In this document: piece after piece, positions 1 to 13,633 of the stretch
How the letters are laid out: each line of letters opens with the position of its first letter
How positions within the stretch are numbered: the stretch's first letter is position 1
Assembly: GCA_048213135.1 (NCBI GenBank)
Contig: PS015093.1
Coordinates: 1-64,000 of the forward strand
DNA length: 64,000 nt
DNA from: Reclinomonas americana ATCC 50394
Taxonomy: Eukaryota
Reading direction: 5' to 3'
Notes under the pieces: model-generated
What the model was told of the DNA's origin: nothing
Database searches by the model: none
Seen by the model: only the letters and a program-made list of their open reading frames with translations
Position numbers and translations under genes: made by a program

Positions 1-73
1 TGGAATGCGCATGGAACAGCACAGAGGCGAGGGACGGGAGGAATGAGGCAAGAGCACGCGCTGCTCACTCAAC

Positions 74-470
74 TCCATTCGAATCCAAGAACGAGAACAT
101 ATCATCGACCTGCGCCTTGGCGCTCTTTCCACGGCACGGGAACATGTACACATCCACGTGCTTCATACCGCCGGCCCACGCATTCGCCACCGTCTGCACC
201 GCGTCCGTATCAGGCGCACCTGTGTAGCACACAACATGGATTGCAATCAATAAAAACGCGCACAGAAACGCAAGCAGCACGAAGAATGCTCACCATACGA
301 GTGATAGGCACGCACAATGGCAAAGTCAAAGCCAGTCGAGTTGAGGCAGCGGAACTGTGAGCGCGCGCGTGCGTGTGCATATTAGACAACATGTCGCACC
401 TCGGAATAATCGCACCTCGCACACTCCCCCCAGTGCACACACACGCACACACACACACACACACACACGT

Positions 471-509
<39 letters not shown>

Positions 510-652
510 ATTCAACGCACATTGGAGACCGAGTAGGACCCGGCGACATCAACACCGCGCGTGGCCTCGGCCACTGGTGTCATTGTGCCCACACTCAGCA
601 CCACCACCGCCACCACTGCCAAGCACACAATCAACACACGCTGCTGCTGCAT
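74..652 (-). CDS. GH25-family lysozyme, 5' half (exons 652-521, 354-294, 219-74)
   Basis: Spliced translation MQQQRVLIVCLAVVAVVVLSVGTMTPVAEATRGVDVAGSYSVSN|FRCLNSTGFDFAIVRAYHSYG|APDTDAVQTVANAWAGGMKHVDVYMFPCRGKSAKAQVDDMFSFLDSNG. It has a signal peptide plus the GVDV, IVRAY and VDVYMFPC motifs of protist GH25 lysozymes; introns are GT-AG. Confidence 0.85.
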
Positions 653-732
653 TCAATCGTCGTCCTCTGNNNNNNNNNNNNNNNNNNNNNNNNNNNNNNN
701 NNNNNNNNNNNNNNNNNNNNNNNNNNNNNNNN

Positions 733-1500
733 CTGGCAGCCTTGCTGCTCTTGATTGTGTGCTCTCTCGTCCACACTTCGTTCCGTCGTCTGCCGACCAT
801 TCTGTCTCCACTTACACTCTTCGCTCTTCCTGTTCTCGTCTCCTTCTGTCGCTTCACCTCTGTGCTGTTCCATGCGCATTCCAGTGGCAGCCTTGCTGCT
901 CCTCTTTGTGCACTTTGCCGTCCATGCTTCGTTCCGTCGTTTGCCAGACTTCGTCTTTCGCCACTTGCATTCTTCGCTCTACCTCCCTCCCTGCTCATCT
1001 CATCTTCCTCCCTCCCTCTCCTCTGTGCTGTTCCATGCGCATTCCAGTGGCCTCGCTGCTCCCCTTTGTGTTCTCCTTCTTACACCCATTCCGTCGTCTG
1101 CCGACCATTCTTTCTCCACTTGCGCTCATCGCTCCTCCTGTTCTCGTCTCCTTCTGTCGCTTCACCTCTGTGCCATGCGCATTCCAGTGGCATCCTTGCT
1201 GCTCCCCTTTGTGTCTGCCGACCATTCTTTCTCCACTTGCACTCTTCGCTCCTCCTGTCGCTTCACCTCTGTGCCATGCACATTCCAGTGGCATCCTTGC
1301 TGCTCCCCTTTGTGTGCTCTGTCGTCCACTCTTCGTTCCGTTGTTTGCCAGACTTGTCTTTCGCCACTTGCATTCCTCGCTCTTCCTCCCTCTCTTCGGT
1401 TGCCTCACCTCTGTGCTGTTCCATGCACATTCCAGTGGCATCCTTGCTGCTCTCGATTGTGTGCTCTGCCGCTCATGCTTCGTGGAGTCGTCCGCTTGCA
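733..1500 (+). repeat. Degenerate intronic minisatellite (core ctctgtgctgttccatgcgcattccagtggc)
   Basis: The core recurs near 858, 1021, 1166, 1267 and 1409. Its reverse complement lies at 1-26. Confidence 0.85.
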
Positions 1501-1675
1501 TTCCCCCGTCAGCCACCATGCCTCTCTCCCTCCCTTCCCTCCCCTCCCCCCATCCTCTCTTCTGTGTTATTCCAATGACAGCGTTGTCGCTCCTCTTTGT
1601 TCACTCCCTTCCCTCCCCTTCCCATTCCCGTCTTCCTCCCTTTCCCTCCACTCGCATTCCCTTTTTCCATCCCAG

Positions 1676-2240
1676 ATCAAGTACGGCATGGTGTGGCTCG
1701 ACATTGAGGACAACCCAAGCGACAACTGCGGCTGGGGCACCGACTACGCCTCCAACTGCGAGTACCTGGCCGACCTGGCCAACGCTATTGGCGCTCATGG
1801 CCGTCAAGTCGGTTCGCTCACCTCTCTTTTCCCCCTTCCTCATGGGTTTCGACTGACCTTTTTCCCACCGCAGGTGTGTACGCCTCCACATACATGTGGG
1901 GCCGCATTCCGGGCAACAGCTGCACCAGCGTGAGCAGCCACCCGTTGTGGTACGCGGCGTGGGATGGGCAGCAGGTGACTCCGTCCGCACATTCTCTCTT
2001 TGCAGTCACCGAGACTAATCTCTCACGTGCGTTCCCCGCGCAGAACTACAACAACTTCCACGCCTTCGGAGTTGCGTCTTCTCACGCACAACATGCATGC
2101 AATCCGCCAACCACGTCTGACTTGCTCACACAATCATGTTTGATACCTTGCAGGGCTGGTCTCAACCGGCCATGAAGCAGTACGACGACCACCTGACCAA
2201 CGGCTGCGGTTTTGATGCCGATGTCGACTATTACCCTTGA
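1676..2240 (+). CDS. GH25-family lysozyme, 3' half (4 exons)
   Basis: IKYGMVWLDIEDN...G|VYASTYMWGRI...HPLWYAAWDGQQ|NYNNFHAFG|GWSQPAMKQY...DADVDYYP*. Contains the catalytic WLDIE motif and continues in phase 0 from the minus-strand 5' half. Confidence 0.88.
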
Positions 2241-2289
2241 GAGCGGAAAGCAAGAGAGAGTGAGAAAGCGTTTCCACAATCGCAAAACA

Positions 2290-5200
2290 ATGAAACGCGA
2301 CATGATGACAGGACATGAACGCTGCAAATCCGGCATTACGCACGCACAAGAAGCGGTCAGACAATGCCGTGGGTCGTTCACTTGGAAGATGGTGCTTTCT
2401 CTCACGCACACACGCGCACTCTCTCTGTGCTCCCTGCGCATTCTCACTCTCACTCCATGCACAGACGACAAGAAGTGGATCAACCTCGACGGTGGCCAGT
2501 TCGGTGAGTCTCCTCTTCCCCTTCACTCTCCCTCTCTTTCTTCTCCCTGCTCTGACCACACGCGCACACACACAGGCACCGTCTTCAAAGTCCCTGTGAT
2601 CGGCGAACCACGCTGGGTCGACCCTGCCTCTCTTTCCGGCGCCTCCTCCTCATCCTCCCCACCCGCATCCTCTTCCTCCTACGCGTGCGCACCACCTCCC
2701 GTGTTCCCTTCGGCCACGGACGCAGCTGCGCGGACCGCCGAATTCAAGTCTGCATCAGAGGGAGTGGCATGGGCGCCCTCGGCAGTGATAATTCCCGATC
2801 CATCACCTCTCTCTCCGTCCTCTATGAGCTCTTCTTCGTCGTCCGCGGCTGCTCCGTCGCCTTCTCGCATGGAGGCCGTTGCGTCGCCAATGCACCATCA
2901 CATGCCGCCGGGCGAGCCTCCGCGATGGGCAGTGGTCAAGCGTATTGTGGTGGACAACAGTTCGCAGGCACGAATCGGGGTGCGTTGACCAAGGTTTCTG
3001 CTGTGGACCTTCTTCTTTCCTTTTCGTGTAACGGTTCGTGTAGGTGCGGCCAGAGGATGTGGAGCGTGAGCGGGAGGCACTGCAGAAGCTGCAGGAGTGC
3101 CCGCAGGAGAACCTGTGCGACTCGTACATTCTGGAGCGGCCATTGCGAGCCAGATCCGGAGTCTCTTATCTCGGTGCGGTGATGTTGGGTAAGCACGCAC
3201 TGTTCAGTTGATCTGACGTGCGCCGTGTACAGTGACGGAGCTCTACGAGGGCGGCAGTCTCTTCTCCTTCATCCAGCGGTACGAAATGGACGAGGGACAG
3301 GCGGTGAGGACAGTGACGATTTTCTTCACCCTTCCTGTCTCGTACCTCATCTTGGGATCCCTGCTCCTGCTGCAGGCACACTTCACTTGGCAGCTTCTCA
3401 AAGCGCTGCAACACTTGCAGGAGCTGAAGATGGTGGTTCGTGTTGTTATCCCCACTCCCTTCTCCCTCTTGCGCAGTTCCTCATAATCTCTACCCTTTCG
3501 TTGACGACAGCATCGAGACTTGAAGGTGCAGTACTCCTGCGACGAATGTTTCCACCTGCAATGTCAACTGACCGCATGTCGCGTGCAGTCCGAGAATGTG
3601 GTAGTTGAGTACGTCAGGCGATCGGAGCGAGCGCGTAAGCAAGGCTCTAAGCTGAAGAGCGTCGTGCGGTTGCGGCTTGTTGACTTCGGTGTGTGCTCGT
3701 AGAGCTCTCCTTTGTCGCCTCGCTCTTTTGACTCATCGCAGTGGGCAGGCACAAGCAAGACCATTCCAACTGCTGCCTACAATGCCCGCCAAACGTACCG
3801 CGGATCCCAGTTTGCCATGGCGCCAGGTTTGTCTGCAAAACATACTTGCTTTCTGCTAGTGACTTGCTCACTCAAATCTCTTGTATTGGCAGAGGTGCAT
3901 CTACTGTTTGTCGACTCACAAGCACTTCCCCAGTGATGCCTTACCTGTGACTCTCTCCAGATTCGCAAGCAACACAGTGCGACGGTGCTCAGTGACATTT
4001 GGTCGCTCGGCTTCATTGTTGTCGAGGTACTGCAGTTTTCCCGCTCGTCTGAATGCTGCGCCGTCAATCATTCACTAACAATCACGTTTCTTTGTATGCA
4101 GATGCTCACCAACGGCAACCTGTACATTCCGGTTCAAGGTGGTCCGCCTGAGATCCCCGACGACATTAGCGATGAGGCCAAGAGCTTTTTGAAGCGGTGC
4201 TTCGTTGAAGACCCGTTGCGTCCATATTCCGCCTATCTCGCCCATGTCGTGCCTCATTCATTTTTCACGCGTGTGCCAGATCGGAGCGTGCCACGGTAGA
4301 CGAGCTCTTGAAGCATCCATTCATTTCGGTCGTGCGCGGCGAGAATGAGACTAGTTCCTACCGCGAATGGTGCGCTGCTTCGTGTTCCTCTCAACCGTAC
4401 TCGCATCACCACTCACATCATATTACATCCGCGTTAGCCCTCCGCTGCGCAGCGACAGGGTGTCGCAGAACATGGATGGTCACTCGCAGGCTGTGCTGTA
4501 CCAGAAGAATTTGCTGCGATGGCGAGGCAACGCATTTTTCGGTCGTCGATCCGTGTTTGCCGCCATCGAAGACTTCCGCACTGGCGACCAGTCGCCTCTC
4601 CCGTCGTCGTCTCACTCATCGGCATCAGCCCCGAGTGTGGGTGGACCCCGACCCATCTTGCTGTTGCGCGGTGGTGTTGGCGTCGGCAAGACGGCGTTGG
4701 TGTGCGAGATCGCCCACAAGTTCCTGATTCACAACAAGTATCCAGGCGTCGACACCGATGCTGTGGTGCGCGGTCGTCCTGTGCTCGGCAGAACACTCGC
4801 TGTGCATTGCTGATGTACGAATTCGCAGGGTGATTTCTTCTACGATAACATTGTCGTGCCAGTGGAGCGCATCGCGGGATTCTACATTGTGAACGCCAAC
4901 GAGACGCGCTCACTGACAACCGACATGTTCATTCGGAGCGTGACTTCCATGTTTCTTCGCACTGTTCCCAACTTCCGCGAATCTCTGGCCTTCAGTCTCC
5001 GCGACAGCGGTGACGTGTACGACAATGAGCGCTCCGCGGACTGGACACGACTCGTCAAGGACCCTCTCTCCAACAATTCGACGACGAATCCGCAGGTGCC
5101 TCGCTGCGTTCTTGTTTTGATCCATCACACAATAGGTGTGCTCACTTTGTGTTTTGTGCGCACACAGTCCATGATTCTTGTCATCGATGGACTCGTGGCC

Positions 5201-8200
5201 GAGGACAGAGTGCCCGAAGAAGCACGCGAATCGTACAAGCAGCTGTTGAGGCTCATGCGTCAAATGTTTGTTCGCACTTCGCTCATCCCTGTCTTTCTCT
5301 TGTGCGTATGCTCATTGTTGCTCTCTCACTCTAATGCACAGGGTTGCCGACTTCCCGCAGTGGATCCGATTGGTGTTCACTGTCGCCGATGACCATGTGG
5401 AATTCCTGCACAGCCTATTGCGATGTGACGCGGCTTCCTCATCGTCAGTCGCTGCGCATTCATATGTGCATGCAACTTCATCAGTAAGTCACCGTTGTAC
5501 AGACTACATGTTGCTCGACATGTCGATGGCTCTGTGACCGCCGTGCATTACAGGTGACAGTCACCGCGCAGGCACTGGGTGATCCGAAAGACAAGGAGAG
5601 TCGACTGGACGCAGAGGAATTCGTCCGCCACACCGTTGACGAACACCCGCGGCTGCGCCACGCCGTCAAAAAGTGGGCACCGAAAGCCAACAACTCGCGA
5701 GACTCGTCGGCAGCCAATCAGGAGTTGCGAGTGCGTCTTGGCCAGTGCGAATTGTGCCGCGTGGCGAACCACAACTTCCGTTACCTGAGCAAGATTCTGG
5801 AGATTGTGGCCAGTTCCACGTCCGATCTGAAGCACCTGCCAAAGGAGGTATGTGTGTGACACAGCCTGTCTGCTTCGGTCAGTGCTGATCCTCTGTGTGC
5901 AGCTCGATACCATCTACGAAGAAATGTTTGTGCAGTCGTTTTCCAACGTCAGCAGCTTTGAGGACGAGAGCGAGGTGCCAGGCATTTCATGGCTTGACGT
6001 CCTGGGTGGTCTCGGTCTTGAGCCAAGCCGCATGGACCAAATGGCGGAGAAACTCAACGAGATGGAGGAGCCACCGGCGCTGTTCGCTGTCAACCAAACT
6101 CCAATTGGCCAGAGCAGAAAGATTGCCAAAGTACTCGGCATTAGAGACCCTCGCACTCCGGAGGCACGTCTTGTTGAGGAGATTGTGCAGCGGCTTTCTC
6201 GATGCGTGCCGTCGACTCCGGCGCCGTCGCCTGTGCCTCTGGTAGATTCGTCGCCGTCACCAGCACTGGATGCCAGCAGAGTTTCGTTCGTGGAAGTGCA
6301 ACCCATGTTCGAAGTGCTGCTGAGTTGCGTGAGGCACCACAGCCGCAATTATCAGCGCCACGCGCGACAGTGCTGACCGTCATTTGTTTTTATGACAGCA
6401 TCGCCAACGCCGTTGTCGGAAAAGGAACTGCTCGACGCATTGTTCATGTTGGATCCAAGAGGGCGCTGGGACGCCAGGAGCCTGAAGCGTTGCCTCTCGT
6501 ACACTGAGCGGTTTTTGATTCGCCGATCCTCTGACGATCTCGGCGTTGTGTGCTCGGTGCGCCCGCGTCACAGCCGCGCGTGTTGTCAACGCTTTCCCGC
6601 TGACCTTTGGCTTTTGTGCAGGAGTCTGTGGAGACCCTGCAGATTGTGCCTCCTCTTGCTCGTTGGCTTTCCGACCTGGACCGCAGACACGAATACTACT
6701 GTTTCTTGCATCCTCCTGAGAAAGTGTGTCAAGCATTGGTCTCTGCTCTGTGGCATCAGTTCTGCGACCGTTGGTTCAACCACTGGGAGACGAAATCGGT
6801 TCGCAGCACGCTGCTGTCATATGTCTCACTCCCGTTGTTTCTGTCTCACCTGCGTTGTGTTGTTTAATTGCAGCGAAAGCTTGTGGATGCCGCCGCCGCG
6901 TACGTGGAGCGGCTCGGTCGCTCGTACTTGCCGCGCTTTCCATTTTTGCATGACGCGAGGGTGGACCTTTTCCGCATGGCCGCATTGGACCCCCGGCAGC
7001 CGCAGGGAGCATCGTTGCCGTCTGCCTCTTCTTCAAGAAATGCCGAAGAGCCTGCTGGATACTGGAGATCCATGGTACGTTTGATGGCTTGATGACTGGC
7101 GATCAACAGCCGCACAGTCATTGAAGGGCGCTTTACTCTCATGCACAGGCACAAGTTCTGGTCGATATCTGGAAGCTGAAGATGCGGTCGCCACAACTGA
7201 ACGCGAACAGCACTGATCTTCTCTGCAGCGAATTCGAAGCAATGCTCATTCCGTTTGGAGTCTATGCGTGGTGCTGTACTCCACGTGCGTTATCTGTCTG
7301 GTCCATTTCTGTGCCTCTTGTCGCTCTACTGATCTGAGTGAGACATTGCAGCACCGGAGGGCGATGACGATCTGTGGATTGATCAAGTGGACGAATTTCT
7401 GCTGCTCATGGAACCGTTTACGGCATCTGTCAGCAACAGCATCTGCAAAGTGCTCAGTTCGTTCCTGGAGGAGTTCCCGATGGCTGCACGCTCCTTTGCT
7501 CGTTGGCGTGATTTGCCAGTCGACAGTGCGGCATTTATCACCCTGCTGCAGTACGCCGGCCACCAATTCCGTATCTGTGAAGACTACAAGCTCGGCTACA
7601 CTCCGCTGCATTGGCTTGCCTTCGATGGCCATGTGCAGATGATCGACGCGCTGATCGCGACCATACCCTCTGCGTCATTGCACGCCGTTGTTGAGGGAAT
7701 GGAGGCGCCAGCGGATCCGCGTCTTTCTTTGCTGCATGCGAAACTCGGCAATAGTGGTGACACGCCGCTGCATGTGGCGGCCACCAAGTTACGCTTCCAA
7801 CCCGTGTCCATTTCCCTGAATAGACTGCAATTACTGACTGTTTTATTGGCAGTGGTCATGTGGAAGCCGTGCGAGCACTCATTAGACACGGCGCACGTGT
7901 CCGCGAACCAAACACATCCGGCAACTTGCCAAGTGCGTGCATCTATCATCTGCACCCTGTACCTGTTCTGGTACTCATCTTTTTGCATGCACCGCACACA
8001 CAGTTCACTTGGCCGCTCGACAAGGCCACGTCGATGTGGTGATGGAGCTGCTGCGGACGGATCTCCATTTGATGACCGTGTGCAACTTGCGCGGTCACAA
8101 TGTGATCTCGGTTGCCTCGATGTGGGGTGCGTTGCAGCGTCTGTTTCTTTGTGTGCGTGCGCAACCACTTACTCACCGTGGATTTTAGGTCGCGAGTGCA

Positions 8201-9650
8201 TTATCCGCTCAGTGGACGCCTTCCTTTCGAGTGAACAAGTCGACAGGCGCGACCTGCTGGTGACAGCATTGCATGAGCGGTACGTCAGCGCTGGAGAGAT
8301 CGCATTCGCAATGCTGATATCTTACAGTTTCGCGTGTATTTGTAGTGACATGCTGTCGCGTAATGCGGCACACTTGTGCGCTGGGTGGGACACCGATGGC
8401 AATCTGCAAACGATGAACCTGTTGCTGCGGATCGATCCGAATCTGCTGTATGCTCGACGACCGCCAAACACTCCGCCGCTGAAGGGGGCCCCAGTTGGTG
8501 TCTTGGCTTCACCGGGAGCAGCTTCTCGCTCGCAGAGCCTATTCGACGCTAGTCCGGAGCTCGAGTTGCCGATTGACTGGGCGGCTGGCAGTTGCGCACT
8601 GCTTGTATCACTTATCACCTCGTCCCCTCATCTTACCCGCTGCCTCGCAACTCACAGTGGGTCAGCCGCGCATGACATTCTCCCTGCTGGAGCACATGGA
8701 GCAGCGGCCGCACGAAGACTACCCCGACGCCACCGACATCAATCGTTTGCTTGTGCTGGCCAGCTATCGGTGCGGACCTCGGCTGCACAAGGCGGTGGCC
8801 GAGCATCCGCGCTTTGGACCCGAGGCCATCTACAATGCTCGACATAGTGCGGTTGACGAGCGAACACTGTTGCATTGCGCGGCTTCGAGGAAAGGCTCCC
8901 GTGATTTGGCGCAGTGGCTGCTTCACTTGCCGCCGCCGCCTGGATCACCACCACTTGTTTGCATCCCCGACAGCAAGAACTGTACTCCGTTGCGTGCGGA
9001 CGTGCCGTTGCTGGGTGTTCACTGCGCAGCATCTCACCATGCACACACACGCGCAGAGTGCACACTGCGGCTGCTTCTGGCAACTGTGAGGTGCTCAAGG
9101 TCTTCCTCGAATCGCCACCCGACGTTATTCCGCCCGAGATCTTTCAGCAGGTCACTGGGTGGGGTTTTACTCTGCTTCACTCGGCCGCCTACGTTCGCCC
9201 CCGCCAGGTGAGCGCACACGTCCTGTCGCACACGCACGCGCTCTGCCGCGCACTCACACCGATTCACTGGCGTAGACCATCATTCGCATGCTGGTGGAGC
9301 GTTTCCCGCACATGGTGACCATGAGCGACACGCACGAGAAGCAGACGCCGCTGGAGATGGCAGAGAAGCGCGCCAAAAAGTCGAAGCAGGTCCTTTCGCC
9401 CGCCATTAAGCGACTGCTACAAGGAGATCTTGCGCCCGACACGGTGGCGATCTCGGAGCCTGAAGACCCCGACTCGGTCGTTGTTCGCATCGACTCCATC
9501 GCCTCTGTGGTCTCGGGCGACGCCACGGCGGCTACAGACAGTGACATGCAGCGGTCGGTGTCGCTCTCGTCGTCGGCAATGTGGGACTCGAAGATTTTTG
9601 GCGAGCGTCAGTCACCTCGCGGGCCTCCCCCCGCAGCGGGTGATTGCTAG
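2290..9650 (+). CDS. Multi-exon Ser/Thr protein kinase + STAND/NACHT-like P-loop NTPase + ankyrin-repeat protein
   Basis: Kinase motifs: LDGGQFG|TVFKV, WAVVKRI, HRDLK|SENV, LVDFG, YRGSQFAMAPE, SDIWSLG. NTPase motifs: FFGRRSVF, LLLRGGVGVGKT (~4670), ILVIDGL, FPQWIRLVFT. Ankyrin motifs: GYTPLHWLAFDGHVQMI, GDTPLHVAATNGHVEAVRALI, GNLPIHLAARQGHVDVV, RTLLHCAA, GFTLLHSAA. Stop TAG at 9648-9650. Confidence 0.8.
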
Positions 9651-9682
9651 TAGAATGGAGTGAACCGAGGAGGGGTGAATGA

Positions 9683-11058
9683 TTAGCGGATCAGCATGTC
9701 GATGGCGTTGGTCATCCATGGTTGTCGCCGTTCCCAGTATTGGGTGAAGCCTGGGTAGGGGGGAAGGGAGGGGAAGGGGAAGGGAGGGGGAAGGGGAAGG
9801 GTGGGGAGGGGAAGGGTGGGGAGGGGAAGGGGAAGATCTAGAGGAAGGAGGAGGAGGAGGAGGAATGCCAGCGCAAGAAGAAGAAGAAGAAAGAGAGAGA
9901 GAGAGAGAGAGANNNNNNNNNNNNNNNNNNNNNNNNNNNNNNNNNNNNNNNNNNNNNNNNNNNNNNNNNNNNNNNNNNNNNNNNNNNNNNNNNNNNNNNN
10001 NNNNNNNNNNNNNNNNNNNNNNNNNNNNNNNNNNNNNNNNNNNNNNNNNNNNNNNNNNNNNNNNNNNNNNNNNNNNNNNNNNNNNNNNNNNNNNNNNNNN
10101 NNNNNNNNNNNNNNNNNNNNNNNNNNNNNNNNNNNNNNNNNNNNNNNNNNNNNNNNNNNNNNNNNNNNNNNNNNNNNNNNNNNNNNNNNNNNNNNNNNNN
10201 NNNNNNNNNNNNNNNNNNNNNNNNNNNNNNNNNNNNNNNNNNNNNNNNNNNNNNNNNNNNNNNNNNNNNNNNNNNNNNNNNNNNNNNNNNNNNNNNNNNN
10301 NNNNNNNNNNNNNNNNNNNNNNNNNNNNNNNNNNNNNNNNNNNNNNNNNNNNNNNNNNNNNNNNNNNNNNNNNNNNNNNNNNNNNNNNNNNNNNNNNNNN
10401 NNNNNNNNNNNNNNNNNNNNNNNNNNNNNNNNNNNNNNNNNNNNNNNNNNNNNNNNNNNNNNNNNNNNNNNNNNNNNNNNNNNNNNNNNNNNNNNNNNNN
10501 NNNNNNNNNNNNNNNNNNNNNNNNNNNNNNNNNNNNNNNNNNNNNNNNNNNNNNNNNNNNNNNNNNNNNNNNNNNNNNNNNNNNNNNNNNNNNNNNNNNN
10601 NNNNNNNNNNNNNNNNNNNNNNNNNNNNNNNNNNNNNNNNNNNNNNNNNNNNNNNNCCTCACTCACCGCACTCCTCGCACGTCACAGTCACAAAGCGACG
10701 GTCTTGCACGTTGAGAATCTTCGTGAGCAGACTGCCACACTCGCTCATCTCGCCCACAGTGAACACAGTGCTCAGGCACTTGCGACATTGCCACGATGCG
10801 GAGGAGCGATGTGCAGAGGAGGAGGAGGAAGAAGAAGAGGAAGAAGAGGAAGAGGAAGCGGCGATGCTCAGAGCAGTGTTGGGGCGAGCTGTGACTCAAG
10901 AGAGTGAGGAAAGCGACTTAGTGACGACTGTGTGTTTGCGTGCACACACACATACCACTCTGTAACATGGCACTCTCGGGCAACGTTGGTGGAGGTGGGA
11001 ATGCGGAGGCGAGAAGGCCCATTACACTCTCTCGGAGAAACGCCCACAGCACGCTCAT
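9683..11058 (-). CDS. Zn-ribbon protein of the prokaryote-type zinc_ribbon_13/COG3478-like family (exons ~11058-10956, 10888-10667, 9750-9683)
   Basis: Spliced C-terminus WQCRKCLSTVFTVGEMSECGSLLTKILNVQDRRFVTVTCEECG|FTQYWERRQPWMTNAIDMLIR*. Two CxxC pairs, and intron phases match across the N gap. The start could be 11058 or 11022. Confidence 0.75.
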
Positions 11059-11646
11059 TGAAAGACGATGGAAGCTTGCGTGCGTCCTGCAACTTTCCAC
11101 TTTGAAAGGGTCATGGGTCACGGATGAAAGGAACAAGAGTGGAGACAGAGCAAGCTTGACCTCGCAGCGTACGTGTCTTGACAAGGGTCAAGGTTGTGCC
11201 ACAACAACAACAACTTTACTGATTCATGGCCAGACAGCAACACAGATACCCATCACCAAAGAAACTTGATATCCAAGGAGAACAGGGCGGCCATGGAGCT
11301 CGAGGTCAAGTCGTCAACAACCACGTCCGAGTTCTGGACGCCTCCCGAGTTGAGTGCAACACGTCAACCGTGAACTGCAGCTCTGTCACCGTAAGTGACA
11401 CATGAGGCCACATCAACCTGCTCATTAGTCGGCTCGCATTCGCCTTCGATGTGCGCAGCCAAATACCCGATCGCAACAAAAACACCAGTGCTGCTGATGC
11501 TTGCATGCTGCTGGTGAATGAACAGTGCTGCGTGTCTCGACGCAACGCGCGCACACCGCCACCACAACCCACAAGCGAATCTATGCCATAAACGACAGCC
11601 ACAGCCACTGAACCACATAGCAACGCCGCCGCACCGCATCCATCCA

Positions 11647-13538
<1,892 letters not shown>

Positions 13539-13633
13539 GGCGCCGGCTGTGGTATGGTATGGTATGGTTCCTCGTCGTTTTCATTCATCCACATTCTAAT
13601 CACTTTGTGGCTTGCTTCACACGCACGCACACA

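Noticed and set aside
373-1933. Long ORFs of 390-430 aa in the ORF track
   Set aside because: They are stop-poor translations of a pyrimidine-rich intronic minisatellite and an N gap.
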